Source: the human T2T-CHM13v2.0 reference genome, Homo sapiens. From it: DNA of 64,000 bases. The stretch lies in NCBI RefSeq assembly GCF_009914755.1, contig NC_060940.1, one strand, 5' to 3'. The position numbers were made by a program, and so were the translations under genes. Positions 29,541-46,059 of the stretch are shown here, one piece after another. Below the pieces are notes generated by a model, which saw nothing but the letters and a program-made list of their open reading frames with translations, was not told the origin of the DNA and did no database searches. How positions within the stretch are numbered: the stretch's first letter is position 1; each line of letters begins with the position of its first letter.

Positions 29541-30771
29541 GTAAGTGTATTTTAAAATGACTACACTTTCATAAAGTTGTCCAAAAGGGATCTGAAATCC
29601 TGTTTATTTTCTCCTGCTTTATTAATGCTCAGCTCTAGTTCCCATTTGGTGTATATTAGGAAAGTCAGAGTTGTGAATTTATCTCACATTTTATTCATCT
29701 ACTTTTGCTTTTTCAAGAACAGTTAACTCAGAGATATGTGCATTGGTCACAGGAGGAGACCAAGGGATAATAAATATGGATCCACACAGATCTGCCTCCC
29801 TACTCAGAGGGAGTTAGTGGCTCAGAGAAGTTAGTCCTGCCACCTTCTTACAAGGACAGCATCATTAGATGATACTGGCATGTGGTAGTCAGAACTTCAC
29901 ATGTGAAACATGAATTGATTTGTATAGTTGCAATTCTTACCACCACTGAACATTAAATACTTGCCCTAGATCTGCCTTTTTTTCTGGATACCTATTTTTT
30001 AAAAAAAAGGCAAAAATCTTCTTCCTGCTCTTTTGATCTAGTTTAAACCATTGAGAACATTCTTGTTGAGCTTTTCGCTATAAAAGGTGTAACCCTCAAC
30101 CTCCCTCTACCCTTACTGCAGTTCATTCTGTTCTCAGCCCTAACTGGAATTTGCAGAATTTATTAATTAACATCCTGTCTATGAAGGAGCTGAAGAACCA
30201 GTTACTATATCAAAGTTCAGTATTAAAGTATAATATTTTGATAACTGATATAGAAAATATTATTTATATTGTAAGATAATAAAAATGTTTTGCTTTTGTT
30301 TGCATATTATAGTTACAATGTTCTGTAGATTTAAAAAGTTTAGTTAGTCACTGAAATTGGGCTAAGAATATATGTTAGGTCATTAGTTTAATTCAACAAA
30401 GCAAAGATAGGCTATGATGTAAGCTACAGTACATTTTCCAGTGTTTTATCACCGTAGTTTTTCATAACTAATCTTGGAGGACATGTGTATAGTCTAATGA
30501 ATCCCCCTATCATAACATTTTGTGAAATATGAATTCATTATCAGCCTGAAAGCTTCTTGAAAGCAAGAATTGTTATTTCATCTTTAAAAACTTAATACAG
30601 ACTATGGACTCACTAAGTAATGTTTAGATTTAAAATATTTGCTTTCTTATTTTCTTCTCATGAATAATTTATTATTCCACTACAATGTTCTTCTTTTCAT
30701 ATACTTTTCTTTCCCTGAGATATTTGAGATAATTGTTAGTTATACAAGTATCCTTTAAAAGATTAAATGCG

Positions 30772-30902
30772 GGCCGGGCGTGGTGGCTCACACCTATAAT
30801 CCCAACACCTTGGGAGGCCGAGGCAGGCGGATCACGAGGTCAATAGATCGAGACCATCCTGGCCAACATGGTGAAACCCCATCTCTCCTAAAAAATACAA
30901 AA
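30772..30902 (+). mobile_element. Left arm only of an AluSc-like element, with 15-bp TSD
   Basis: taaaagattaaatgc at 30756 and 30903; element ends at the A-rich linker. Confidence 0.95.
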
Positions 30903-31086
30903 TAAAAGATTAAATGCCTGCATATATGTTGAATATGTGCTTTTAAGTACCTATTTTATTCTCCTTTACAAATTTAACACTTAAAATATTTTTCTCCCAG
31001 ATACATTAATAAAATAATGATCATAAAATGTGCATGTGAATTGTAAAGGGCTAATAACATGTATCTATAATTCTTTGTTTGTTTAG

Positions 31087-31240
31087 ATTAGATTGGGATG
31101 GTGTTCGTAAGCATTTGGATGAATATGCATCTATTGCGAGTTCCTCAAAAGGAGGAAGAATTGGAATTGAAGAATTCGCCAAGTATTTAAAGTTGCCTGT
31201 TTCAGATGTCTTGAGACAACTTTTTGCACTCTTTGACAGG
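31087..31240 (+). CDS. LPCAT2: LPCAT2 exon 11 (LDWDGVRKHL...LRQLFALFDR), ends inside the first EF-hand loop
   Basis: gtttag|A acceptor, AGG|gtatgt donor (phase 0), 154 nt. Confidence 0.97.
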
Positions 31241-31889
31241 GTATGTTAAAATTTAATCTTTCACATTTTTACTCTGTCAGTCCTACAGTGAGTAAATCAA
31301 TATGGTAGGCAATTTGAAAAACTTGATAGGTCAGTGTTAGAAGAATCAAGGCTGAGCCTATGGTTTAATTGCATGATTTTGTTTTTTTCTCCTTAATAGT
31401 AATATTAATAATTGTGTGTGTGTATTGTAACATTTATTATACTGTCATATATAATAAAATATCATATCATATATCATATATATATCTATTATTTTAGTGT
31501 AATATGATATAATGTATGTATCTATTATTTTAAATACCAGGTCAGAAATAAATATTGTGACCATATAACCACATTTGTGGTATGGAACTGGAAGAGTTTA
31601 TATCATTGGCAGGAATTTTAAAATTTATATCAAAACTCATACATTGATGACATGGGTGTTTAGAATTTTATTCTGAAGGTTTTAGACTTCCACAAACCTG
31701 TATGAAGACCAAATAGATTTTTATTTTCAAGTGACATTTTGTAACAAAGATTTTAATTAAAATCTGGCCATTTGCCATTATATTAGGGATACAGTTTGCT
31801 GCTTATGAATATTTAAGGACATGCAATTAGATAATTGAATTGTCAAAAAGTTTCCCTAGGAAAACTGTTCACAACTTCAGGTTTTCTAT

Positions 31890-32620
31890 TTTTTAATTTG
31901 TGTTTTAATATATAAAATTGATAGTATACAGAAATTAGCCAGGCATAGTGGTGCACACCTGTAATCCCAGCTACTCAGGAGGCTGAGGTGGGAAGATCAC
32001 TTGAGCCCAGGAGGCGAGGTTGCAATGAGCCAAGATCATGCCACTGCATTCCAGCCTGAGCAACAGAGCAAGACCCTATTCTCAAAAAAAAATTGATAGT
32101 AAAATGCACTCTTTTGGTTACAGTTCTATGAATTCTAACAAATGCACAGAAGCATGTAACTACCACTGCATTCAAGATACACAACAGTTGAAAAAATATA
32201 TATATTTTCTTGCAGCTATTCCATTTGTAGTCAAGCCCTTCCCCCAGTTTTAAGTCCTGGCAGCCAGTGATCTGTTCTCCATCAATATAGTTTATCTTTT
32301 TCCAGATGTCATATAAATGGAATCATACAGTATATAGTTTTTTGAGTATGGCTTCTTTCACCAAGTATAATGCATTTGAGATCCAGGCATGGTGTTTTAT
32401 AGATCAATAATTAATTCCCTTTCATTGCTGAGTAGTATTCAATTGTATAGATGTACCATAGTTACTTTATCTATTCCCTAGTTGAGGAATATTTGGTTTG
32501 TGTACAGTTGGGGACAAATGTGACTATAGCTGTCATTCTAAGAATTTGTATATAGGTTATTATATAAATGTAGGTTTTCATTTCATTTTACTTGGGTAAA
32601 TACTTAAGAGTAAGAACCCT
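31890..32620 (-). mobile_element. Old L1M 3'-end fragment, interrupted by an Alu
   Basis: Antisense L1 motifs: catataaatggaatcatacagtat, ttcattgctgagtagtattc. Confidence 0.85.
31927..32092 (+). mobile_element. 5'-truncated AluJ (linker + right arm) with 13-bp TSD
   Basis: aaaattgatagta at 31914 and 32089. Confidence 0.92.
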
Positions 32621-32683
32621 TTGTTTTATCTTATTTGAGAATTACCTTGTTTTGCATTCATTCTGAAGGATATTTTTGTTGTA

Positions 32684-35376
<2,693 letters not shown>

Positions 35377-35940
35377 TATGTAGAATTCTGAGTTGACTGT
35401 TCTTTTCTTTTAACAGTTTAATAATGTCTTACTTTAAGTGGCCTCCATGGTTTTGCAGCCTTACTAGTTGTTCTTCAAGTTTTGACTTTCCTCACCAATC
35501 CTCCTCTTATGGTATTTTGTCCAGAGGTAGTTGCTTATTGTATTTTGTTCAAAGTTGCCAGTTATAGTCGAGAATGATAGGCTGGCTAAAGATTCCATCC
35601 ATCTTGGTGTGTAGCAACAGTTCCAGTTTTATATTTACTATTGGGAAAAAAAGTAGTTTGTAAAGAAAACATGGTTTGATGACCGAAATAACCAGGGCTT
35701 TTTTCTTTTTTCCCAGAGCACACTAAATTCTTCTAATGACTTATTCTGTGATCTCATAGATGAACTATTCTTTAACAAGATGCTGTTAAGCAACCTTCTT
35801 TTAGGTGTAGTGCCTGGACTTCTCTTCTGGGCTTGCATGCAGCATACAAATAATCTGTCATCATCTATGAAATACTAATGTATGACTGCAGCAGTACTAC
35901 TATAAAGTGCAATGAAGATTTAGGGGAAGAAAGAAGTAAA

Positions 35941-36250
<310 letters not shown>

Positions 36251-36627
36251 TAGATGATTGGATGTAACTGCGCAAGTTGGAAAATTAGAGGTACCTTTTT
36301 ACTTGTATGATTACTAATATTTCTGAGATTTATATAGCATTTTCCACTATGGTTTTAGAAATCATGCAAGTAATTTTAAATAAAATGTATGTATATATGA
36401 AACTAGTGACGGGAAGGAATATGGCAGGGATGTACAAACCAGGACAGGAGATAGGGAAATAGGAAGGGACATGAAACAGGGACAAAGAACGAAGTTTATA
36501 GCATATCTTAGACATTGTGCTCATCAGGATTTTTAATCAAAATTAAAAATAGTATCTGTAGAGCTTTCCCTGTCCTTCAGGTGTCAAACTATTATAGCTA
36601 GCAGTTACAGAATTGTTATGACACCAG

Positions 36628-36894
36628 GGCCGGGCGCGGTGGCTCACGCCTGTAATCCCAGCACTTTGGGAGGCCGAGGTGGGCAGATCACGAGGTCAGG
36701 AGATCGAGACCATCCTGGCTAACACGGTGAAACCCCGTCTCTACTAAAAATACAAAAAAAATTAGGTGGGCGTGGTGGCTGAGGCAGGAGAATGGTGTGA
36801 ACCCAGGAGGCGGAGCTTGCAGTGAGCCGCGATTGCGCCACTGCACTCCAGCCTGGGCGACAGAGCGAGACTCCGTCTCAAAAAAAAAAGAGAA
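36628..36894 (+). mobile_element. AluY with about 31-nt internal deletion in the right arm
   Basis: AluY diagnostics (gagatcgagaccatcctggctaacacgg, ggagcttgcagtg); CpG-rich; TSD ending tgacaccag. Confidence 0.95.
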
Positions 36895-37337
36895 AGAATT
36901 ACTGTGACACCAGTTCTGTCTTTTGATGATTGATGATACCTGCCAACACCCTCATTGTTTGTACAGCACTGTTAACTATAGGAGGATTTGAGTGGGGAAG
37001 GGGATATAAACCAAAGATTAAAATAACTGCCAGCTAGCTGATTGACTAACTCATACTAGAGATAACAATTGGCCCAGGCAGTTGGAAGACTGGTGAGCCT
37101 TTGCAGCCTATTTGGTTACCGCATTTTCGCATGAACTGATTTGGTAGGCTGACATATTATTTTATAATTGTGGGGCTTTTTTTGATGTTGTTTGTTTGTT
37201 TGTTTTACTTCTTTGTATGATATGTCTGAGGTTTAGATATAAACCGTAACTGTTCTTCAAAGCACTTTTCTTTTGATCTCCAACATACTGGAAGGTAGAG
37301 AAAATAGTCTGGAGAATTAATGATTAATGCATTTTCA

Positions 37338-37445
37338 CCTTTCTTTCCTTCCTTTTTCCTTTTTTCCTTTCTCTATCTCTGTCTCTCTATCTCTCTGTCT
37401 CTGTCTCTCTCTCTCTGTCTTCTTCTCTCTCTCTCTCTTTCTGTT
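37338..37445. repeat. CT-rich / (TC)n simple repeat
   Basis: Direct reading. Confidence 0.9.
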
Positions 37446-38745
37446 CTGAACACACCTGAATGTCTGTGCCTGTGAAGATTTACTTTGTTTTGAGAAGCTG
37501 AATTGTGCAATTGATGCCACACCTTATACACATACCCACTTTCCATGCTAGGCTTGTTTTCTCAGTCTCTGTGAGTGATTTAGCAGAGGGAAGTTTGATG
37601 GGAAAGGCAAGAAATTTCAGCAGCTCCATAGTTTGTTTCTCTCAGGGTAGTTTATCTTGCTAAACTAAGTACACAATGGGAGGAAGGATGGGAAAGAGAA
37701 AAGGTAAGGTGTCCCTGTTGCTCTTTCAGCAGCTAGAAATTCCTGTAGTGGAAAATGCTCCCATAAGCCCTTCCCATGTTCCCTTCCCACTTTATCCTCC
37801 TTTCCCCCTTTCTTCTTTTCTTTTCTTATCTTTCCTCAAGTCTAGTGCTATTGTGGTTGGCATTTGGGGGATGGAGGGAAAACCTCAATATCTCTCCACC
37901 ATTCTTTTACTTTTTCTTCCCACCTGCATTCTTGGTTCGTCTACAAAAACTTCATAATGGTTTTTGTCTCAATTTATCCTACAAAAATATGCTATTGGCT
38001 CCTTCTAACATGTCTTTACATTCTCAGATATTTGATGGCAGACAGTTTGAAAGCCCAACAAAAATGTGGTATTCATGATCCAAAGCATGGCATAGTTCAC
38101 TAGTTTGGGATAATTTCCTTTGGAAAGGTCTCACATCTTTGAAAAACAAAAAAGACCCTTTCCGTCTTTGGGTTTAATTTCGCTTCTTTATTTTCATGAA
38201 CTTGTTCTTAACTCTCTGCTTCACAGTTTCATTGGGGATTAGTTAAATGTCCAGATGAGTGAGAGCTAAGAGCTTAAACAATGGTTTAAAACAATGACTT
38301 CTCAACATTTTATATGTTTATAATTCAGATTAAGAGTAGACGTTATGCCAGCACACTTGAAGGGATTCAAAGACACTTAACAAGATTAGGAAATTTTTAC
38401 ACTGGCTAAATCAGAAGTAATTATAGCACAATCATTTTTACAGTTATAACAATGTCTTGCAATGTCCAAACAGCATCATTGTTCATTTCATCCTCCTTCA
38501 GCACCACATTATTCAGCAGTTGTATGCTGCCCTGGCAGCGGTATCTTCTGTACCTATAAAACAGTTCTCACATATTTCTGTAAGCACATAATTTTTTTTG
38601 CAAACTTGCCAATATACCATATTATCTGCCTCTTACCTCCTACCACAAGCAAGTCATATCTCTTCCACACTACATCTCAAGATGCATTCATCTTAATTTT
38701 CTATCTAACACTGTCACCATACTCAATAGCAGCAAAGCTATATTT

Positions 38746-38962
38746 CAGTCAGGAAACTTTTTCTGTAAAGGACCAGATAGAAAATAGTTTTGACTTTGCA
38801 GACCACATGGTGTCTGTTACAACTATTCATCTCCACTATTATAGAGCAGAAATGGCCATAAAAATACATAGATGAATAGCATGACTATGTCCCAATAAAA
38901 CTGTATTTGCAAAACAGGCCCAGATTGGATTTGGCCCACCAGCTGTAGTTCGCTGGTCCCTA
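38746..38962. mobile_element. MER58A-like hAT element
   Basis: aaactttttctgtaaaggaccagatag ... ccaataaaactgtattt ... ggatttggccc. Confidence 0.88.
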
Positions 38963-40227
38963 CTGTATTTCCTAAGCTGATGAAAACAAAGCATGCTCAT
39001 AGGTTTAAGAACTGGATTGAAGGATTACTACAAGTCACTATAAGTCTGACTTATAGTGATTGTTATTAATTTGTGGGTATTCTACATCTGATTTAAAGGG
39101 ATCACTAAGACTCTTTATTATTGACTAATCTGTCTAGCTCTTGTTACTATCCTCCCATAGTTGTAAGTAGTGGTGTATCATTCATCTTCACAGATGAAAG
39201 GAAAAGAGTGAGGAAATTGATTTCTAATTCTGAGCTGTAGCCTGGCATTAGCTCACTTTCTCTTTTTACCAACACCATTATGTGCATCATAGATTATTCC
39301 TTAGTAAAATTTAGATAGGTGATTATGATTTCCATTCTGTAAGAAATTTAACAATGGTCATGATTTTTCCCATTTCTGCTCCTAACAAGTACTTAGTTCT
39401 TCTGGCATTACTATGTACTTTGTTTAAATACTGGACAGGAAAAGTTTGTGTATACTTTAGCACTTTGGCAATCCAGCCTTCTTAGCTATTGTAAACTTCT
39501 GTAGATGTTTTATTACTGTTTCACATTATGTGGAATGAATGTGTTTCTTTATTCCAAGTTTTTCCTGTCTGCCCTGTTCTTGTTCTTGGTATTAGTTCAA
39601 GTGTTAAATCTTGAGTGCCAATAATAACAAACATCCTTGCCTGCCCCTTCCTGTTACAGAATGTAGGGTGCTGTAGTGTGCAGGTTTTCTGCTCATGCTG
39701 AGAGTTAGGACAGGGCACTTAGGTGGCTTAAATGACTGGAAACAAACAGTAAAGTCTTCTATATTTTAAGTTTCCAGTTAACGTTTTATATGTAATACAG
39801 TATTTCATAATTCACATGAAAAGAACCATTTTGATTCCAATCCCAGTTACTCAGGATTTGCTATATGAAGTCTATTCCACAACTTATATGATACAATTTG
39901 AAAAAAAAAAAAAAAAAGGCTACAACTTTCTGAGTGTGACACATAAACTTTTCTATTCAGTTGTATAAGCTGCCTTGAAAGTTTGGTTCTATATGTCTGA
40001 GTATTTCCCTATTCAATTCTCAGGTTCACTTAGCTCCTCCATTTAGTCCATCACAGTATTTTCTATGTCTGAGTGTAGTTAACTAAAATGTCCATTTAGA
40101 CATGAGAATTATATGCTTTACTTTTGGCTTCTCAATGCAAGTATACTTGGGAGATGCACAGAGGAAACAGAAAGGAGACTGTAAAATTAAAATGTAACTT
40201 TTTAAACTAGAGCAAGGGAGTAATTAG

Positions 40228-40480
40228 TGGCCTCCTCCAAGAGCACAAGGAAGTAAAGAACAAGGCTTTGTAAAAAGAAAATTGTGTCAGACCAATTTAA
40301 ATTCCCTCTATGACAGAGTGACAGTCCAAGATGATAAGGAAAACCAAATAGATTTCATCTGTATGGACTCTAGAAAGGCTTTTGATTTCATCCAACATGA
40401 CATTCTTATCAACAAATTAGGAAGGTCTGGTCCAGATCATATTGCAGTTAGATGAAGGCCCCACTTGACAGAAAGGCTTC
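40228..40480 (+). mobile_element. CR1/L3 LINE reverse-transcriptase fragment
   Basis: Manual translation from 40261: QGFVKRKLCQTNLNSLYDRVT...IDFICMDSRKAFDFIQHDILINKL, matching the CR1 RT pattern HGF..KSC.TNL..FYD.VT...VD.IYLDF.KAFD.V.H. Confidence 0.88.
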
Positions 40481-40747
40481 ATCTAAAGTGGGAGTTGTGA
40501 GTCCTTCTGTGTTATTCTAGACGAGGTTCAGTTCCCCTTGGAATTCTGTTTGGAAAGCAACATACTTAATAGGTTGCAGTCACCACACAATATGTCAAAG
40601 TGGGAATAAGGGTAAGTGAGCATGTCTTTAAAAGTTGTAGAACCAGACCCAGATAAAGAAAGATTAAATTAAATTAACATATAGCATAAAAAGGTATAGG
40701 CACCAGAAGGAAACTAAATACAAGAATGATGTTGCTGTCACAAATCT

Positions 40748-40925
40748 AGATTCACAGAATTGTAGAGCTAAACAGACCTTTGGGTATCAAATTGCCCATC
40801 TTCTTCATTTTGCAGAAGATTGCCAGCTCAAGAGAGGAAGTTACATGCCCAAGGCCACACAGCTGGTTAATTGCAGGACTGAGACTAGAATTCCTAGTTT
40901 GGTATTCTTTTTTACTACAAACTGT
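40748..40925 (-). mobile_element. MIR (MIR3/MIRc-like)
   Basis: gcccaaggccacacagctggttaattgcaggactgagactagaa. Confidence 0.8.
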
Positions 40926-40929
40926 CACT

Positions 40930-41412
40930 ATTTTTAAAAAATAATTCTCTTGAGGCATATTTTACATATCCTAATTCACCCAAGTATACAATTCAGTAAT
41001 TTTTTTTTTGTAAATTTACCAAGTTGTGCAGTCATCAACTTTCAAGCAGTTTTAGAACATTCCCATCACCCCAGTATGATTTTTTATGTCATTAACTGTT
41101 AGTTCCTGTCACCTACTTATCCCCTAGCCCTAGGCAAGCACCAATCAACTTTCTATCTGTATAGATTTGCCTTTTCTGGACATTTTATATAAATGGAATC
41201 CTATAATGTATGTCTTTTGTGTCTGGCTTCTTTCACTTAGCATAATGTTTTAAGGTTTATCTATCTTGTAGCATGTATCAGTCATCATTTTATTGCCAAA
41301 TTGTATTCTTTTATGTGGATATATCGTATTTTGCTTATCCATTTGCCAGTTGGTAAACATTTAGGTTGTTTCCATTTTTGGACTATTTTGAATAATGTTT
41401 TTAATAACATTG
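40930..41412 (-). mobile_element. Old L1MB-type 3'-end fragment
   Basis: gatttgccttttctggacatttt...gtctggcttctttcacttagcataatg. Confidence 0.88.
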
Positions 41413-43154
41413 TGTCTCATTGTGTACTTTTTAAGTCTAATAACTTTGTTCCCCAAATTGGGACTAAATTATCCATCAGATGTGGCTTCTTCCCCTCCTA
41501 TACTTTTTTTTTTTTTTTTTGCAGATATGGATGGTAGAGTTCCCACAGACAGCAATTAAGGTTGCTATTAATGTTCTAATAAATAGCCATAGGGGATTAA
41601 ATCATCCAGAGGAGAAAAAGCTTGTTAATCTAATAATAGTCTTTTATTCTATGATGGCTTATGAGAAACTGTTAGCCAAATGCCCTCCATCTTCACGGAA
41701 AATAAATGAGAAGAATTGGATTTAACCACAGCAAAAAAACACTTCAGATGGGCACAAGGAGGCACATTTTATATGACAGTCGATATTATCAAGTTAATTT
41801 GCAATATTATAAAAACAAAGTTCATGTAATTTTCTCTGAGAGAAGCTTATATGAATGGGTTTAAATCTGTCTAAAGCCAGATGGCCCCTTGTGATTCCCT
41901 AAAAGGAAGAGAGTTCTTTTGTGATACTTTTGCTGAGTAGTTAAAGAAGACATTTGGTTTTTGGTGTTCACAGAGGCCATTTCATTGTGCCTATGAGAAA
42001 TAAAATCAGTTGTTGGAAAGTTTTACACAAACCACTCAGTGTGGCAGAAGACAGGACATTGCTCTCATGTCCTAGACAGAGCGATGTCCCTTGGCTACTA
42101 TTCTCTCCCTAATAATAGCTAGAATAATCATTATTCAGTTCTAGAATTACATAATTTCCAAAGTAATTTCACATCTAATCTCCTTTTGACTTTACATTTG
42201 AGCTGTCAGTAGTTTCTACAATTACTTGTGAGAGAGACTCTGCCACATAGCAGTTCAAACCCCCTTCCAATCTGATTCCATTTTATTGATCTCCCTTTAT
42301 CTCTCATCACTCCTAGCAATAGAGTCTCATCTCATTGTACTATTCACCATCTCTTGAATACCTCATATCCTTTAGCTCTTCTGTGTTTTTGCTAGACTGT
42401 CCTTTTATATCCCTTATCTATTTGGAGAACTCTGAGACTCAGCCTGTAGTCAGGCCTACACATGATCTCTTCTATAGGTAAATGTTCTCCTTTCCTTTGC
42501 CTCAGTAGAATTCATTGATCCCTTTTTGTGTGCCTATACTTGTTTGATATCATAGGACAGTGTACTAGCTGCGTGACCTTGGATAACTAGCTTAACTTTT
42601 CTGAATTTTTCTTACCTTATCTAAAATACATTTGTATCTTTCAGAGGAATTCAATGAAACCTAAATACTAAAACATATATATACAAATATAATAGATTAG
42701 TATTGATAGTAGAAATGTGAACACAGACTTCATATTATAATTATACCAGTTTCCTGTAGTTCTACTTGATTTTTGAGCACAGCCATCCTGCTTTATTCAC
42801 CTTTGTAACCTAAGTACTGAGCCCAAGTCCTGATACATAATAAATCAGATTGAATCATTTGAAGTAAGCAAGGGCGATATTATTATTATCATTTTGTAGA
42901 TTCGAAATTGAGACCCCCAAATGCTAAGTAATATAATGACTTAATCATTAAGTCCTAGCTACTTTTCCCCAAGTTCCCCAGTAGAACTTCCAATAACCTC
43001 TGGAGGACCTGTACTCTGACTATAACTAGTATTAAAGGTAGGATTTCTCAAAGTATTATCCAGGCTACCTGTTACAGACTGACTTCTGAAGATGCTTATT
43101 AAAAATATAAAATCAAATCTCAAAAATATACTGTTGAGGGGGGAAAAAGCTAGA

Positions 43155-46014
43155 CACATAAAACCAGAAATGAAAGAGAAGACATTGCTACCAATTTTAC
43201 AGAAATAAAAAGGATGATGAGTGAGTACTACGAACAACTGTATGCCAACAGATTGCATAAGCTAGATGAAATTGTCAAATTCCTACACAACCTACCAAGA
43301 CTGAATCATGAAGAAGTAAAACATATGAATAGACCTATAACTAGCAAAGATATTGAATCAGTAACCAAAAACCTCCCAACAAAGAAAAGCCCAGGACCAG
43401 TTGGCTTCACTGGAAAATTCCACCAAACATTGAAAGAAGAACTAACACCAGTTCTTTTCAAACTCTTCCAAATAATTAAAGAAGAGGGAATACTTTCTGA
43501 TTCATTCCATGAGGCCAAAGTCAGATAAAAACACTTGGAGAGAAGAAAACTACAGACCAATATGCCATATGAACATGGATGCAAAAATCAACAAAATACT
43601 AGCAAACACAATTCAACAGCACACTAAAAGTATTATACACCATGATCAAGTGGGATTTATTCCTGGAATGCAAGATGGTTCAATATATGAAAATCAATTA
43701 ATGTAACACAGCATATTCTCAGAATGAAGGGGAAAAATCACATGATCATCTTAACAGATGCAGAAAATGCATTTGACAAAATTCAGTACTCTTCCCTGAT
43801 AAAATCACACAACAAACTAGAAGGAAAGTGCCCCAACATAATAAACACCATATATGAAAAGTTGATAGCTAACATTGTGTTCAGTGATGAAAAGACTGAA
43901 AGCTTTTCCTCTAAGATCAGGAATAAGACTAGGATGCCCACTCTCATGCTTCTACTAACATGGTATTGGAAATCATCGCGAGAACAGTTAGGCAAGAAAA
44001 AGAAATAAGAGGCATATGAAATAGAAAGGAAGAAGTAAAATTATCTCTGTTAACAAATGATATGATCTTATTTGTAGAAAACCCTAAAGATTACCCCTCA
44101 CACATACAAAACACAGAACTAATTAAGGGACTTAGCAATGTTACAGGATATGAATCAACACACAAAAATCAGTTGCATTTTATACACCAACAATGAACAA
44201 TTCTGAAAAGGAAACTAAGAAAACAATTCCATTACAATGGCATAGAAAAAATTAAAATACTTAGGAATAGACTTCAAGAAGGAAGCTAAAGACTTGTACA
44301 CTGAAAACTACAAAGCACTGCTGAAAGAAATTGAAGAAGAGACAAATAAATGGAAAGATATTCCATGTTTATGGATTAGAAGACAATATTAAGAGTCAGT
44401 ACTTCCCACAGTGATCTACAGATTTAAAGCAATCCTTTTCAAAGTCCCAATGTTTCTTTACAAAAATAGAACAATCAATCCTAAAATTCATAGGGAATTT
44501 CAAGGGACACTGAATAGCCAAAACAATCTTGAAAAAGAATAACAAAGTTGAAAGCCTGACATTTCCTCATTTCAAACCTTACTTCAAACCTACAGTAATC
44601 AAAACAGTGCAGCACTGGTTTCAAGAAAGACATATAAGCCAATGGAATAGAATAGAGATCCCAGAAGAAACCCTTGTGTATATGGTCATATGATTTTCAG
44701 CAAGAATGCCAAAACCATTCAATGGGGAAAGGACGGTCTTTTCAACAAATAGTGCTGGGAAAATTATATATCCACATGCAAAAGAATGAAGTTGGACCCT
44801 TAACTTACACATATACAAAAGTTAACTCAAAATGGATCAAAGATCTAAACATAAGAGCTGAAACTATAAAACTCTTCAGTGAAAACAGAGGAAAAGCTTC
44901 ATGACACTGGATTTCTCAATGATTTCTTGAATATTACGCCAAAAGCACAGGCAGCCAAAGAAAAATAGATAAATATGACCACATACAAATTTTAAACTTT
45001 TGTGCATCAAAGGACACTAACAACAGAGTGGAAAGGTAACCTACAGAATGAAAGAAAATATTTACAAATTATATATCTGATAAGGGATTAATATCTAGAA
45101 TATTTAAAGAACTCCTGCAACTCAACAACAAGAAACCCAACAAATAACCAGATTTTAAAATGGCCAAAAGATTTAAATAGACATTTTTCCAAAGATCTTC
45201 TTTGGTCAGTAAGTATTAATACATTAAAAGATGCTCAACATCATTAATCATTAGGGTAATGCAAATCAAAACTACAATGTTATACCACTTTACAGCCATT
45301 AGGATGGCTATTATTAGAAAACAAAACAAAAGAGAAAATAAGTGTTTGCAAGCATATGGAGTAATTGGAACTCTTGTGTATTGCTGGTGGGGATGTAAGT
45401 GGTACAGTCAATAAGGAAAAGCGTATGGTAGTTCCTTAAAAAGATAAAAATAGAATTATCATATGATTCAGCAATTCCACTTCTTGGTATATACCCAAAA
45501 GAATTGAAAGCAAAGACTCAAACAAATATTTGTATACCCATGTTCATAGCAGCATTATTCCCAATAGCCAAAAGGGCAACCCAAGTATTCACCAATGGGA
45601 TAATGGAAAAACAAAATGAGTATATTAATGCAATACAATATTATTCATCATTAGAAAGGAAGGGAATTCTGACACATGATACAACATGGATGAATCTTGA
45701 AGAAATTATGCTCATTGAAATAAGCAAGTCACAAAAGAACAAATACTGTATGATTCCACTTATATAAGGCATGCAGAGTAGTCAAATCATAGAGCTAGAA
45801 AATAGAGAGATGGTTACCAGGGGTGGGGGAAGGGGAGAATGGGAGTTATTCTTTAATGGGTACAGTTTCAGTTTTGCCAGATGAAAAAAGTTCTGAAGAT
45901 AGCTGGTGGTGATGGTTTCACAATGCAAATATACTTAATGCCACTGAACTCTATACTTAAAAATGGTTAAAATAGTATATTTTATGGCATGTGTATTTTA
46001 TCACAATTTTAAAA
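43155..46014 (+). mobile_element. L1MB-type LINE, 5'-truncated, ORF2 RT region to 3' UTR
   Basis: ORF track fragments ([35 protein letters not shown]) are L1 ORF2 with frameshifts; L1MB-like 3' UTR. Confidence 0.95.
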
Positions 46015-46059
46015 CATTTAACATTTTTATAATGAAAAAGGAATAAATGAAAGAGTCTG

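Noticed and set aside
30772-32092. Left and right Alu arms on either side of exon 11 as one split Alu
   Set aside because: Different subfamilies (S and J), each with its own TSD, so independent insertions.
38462-38875. 137-aa ORF, the longest unassigned one
   Set aside because: No recognisable domain, and its 3' third is a MER58 element.
43214-45767. ORFs with reverse-transcriptase-like peptides
   Set aside because: Frameshifted fragments of a dead L1 ORF2; no intact element.
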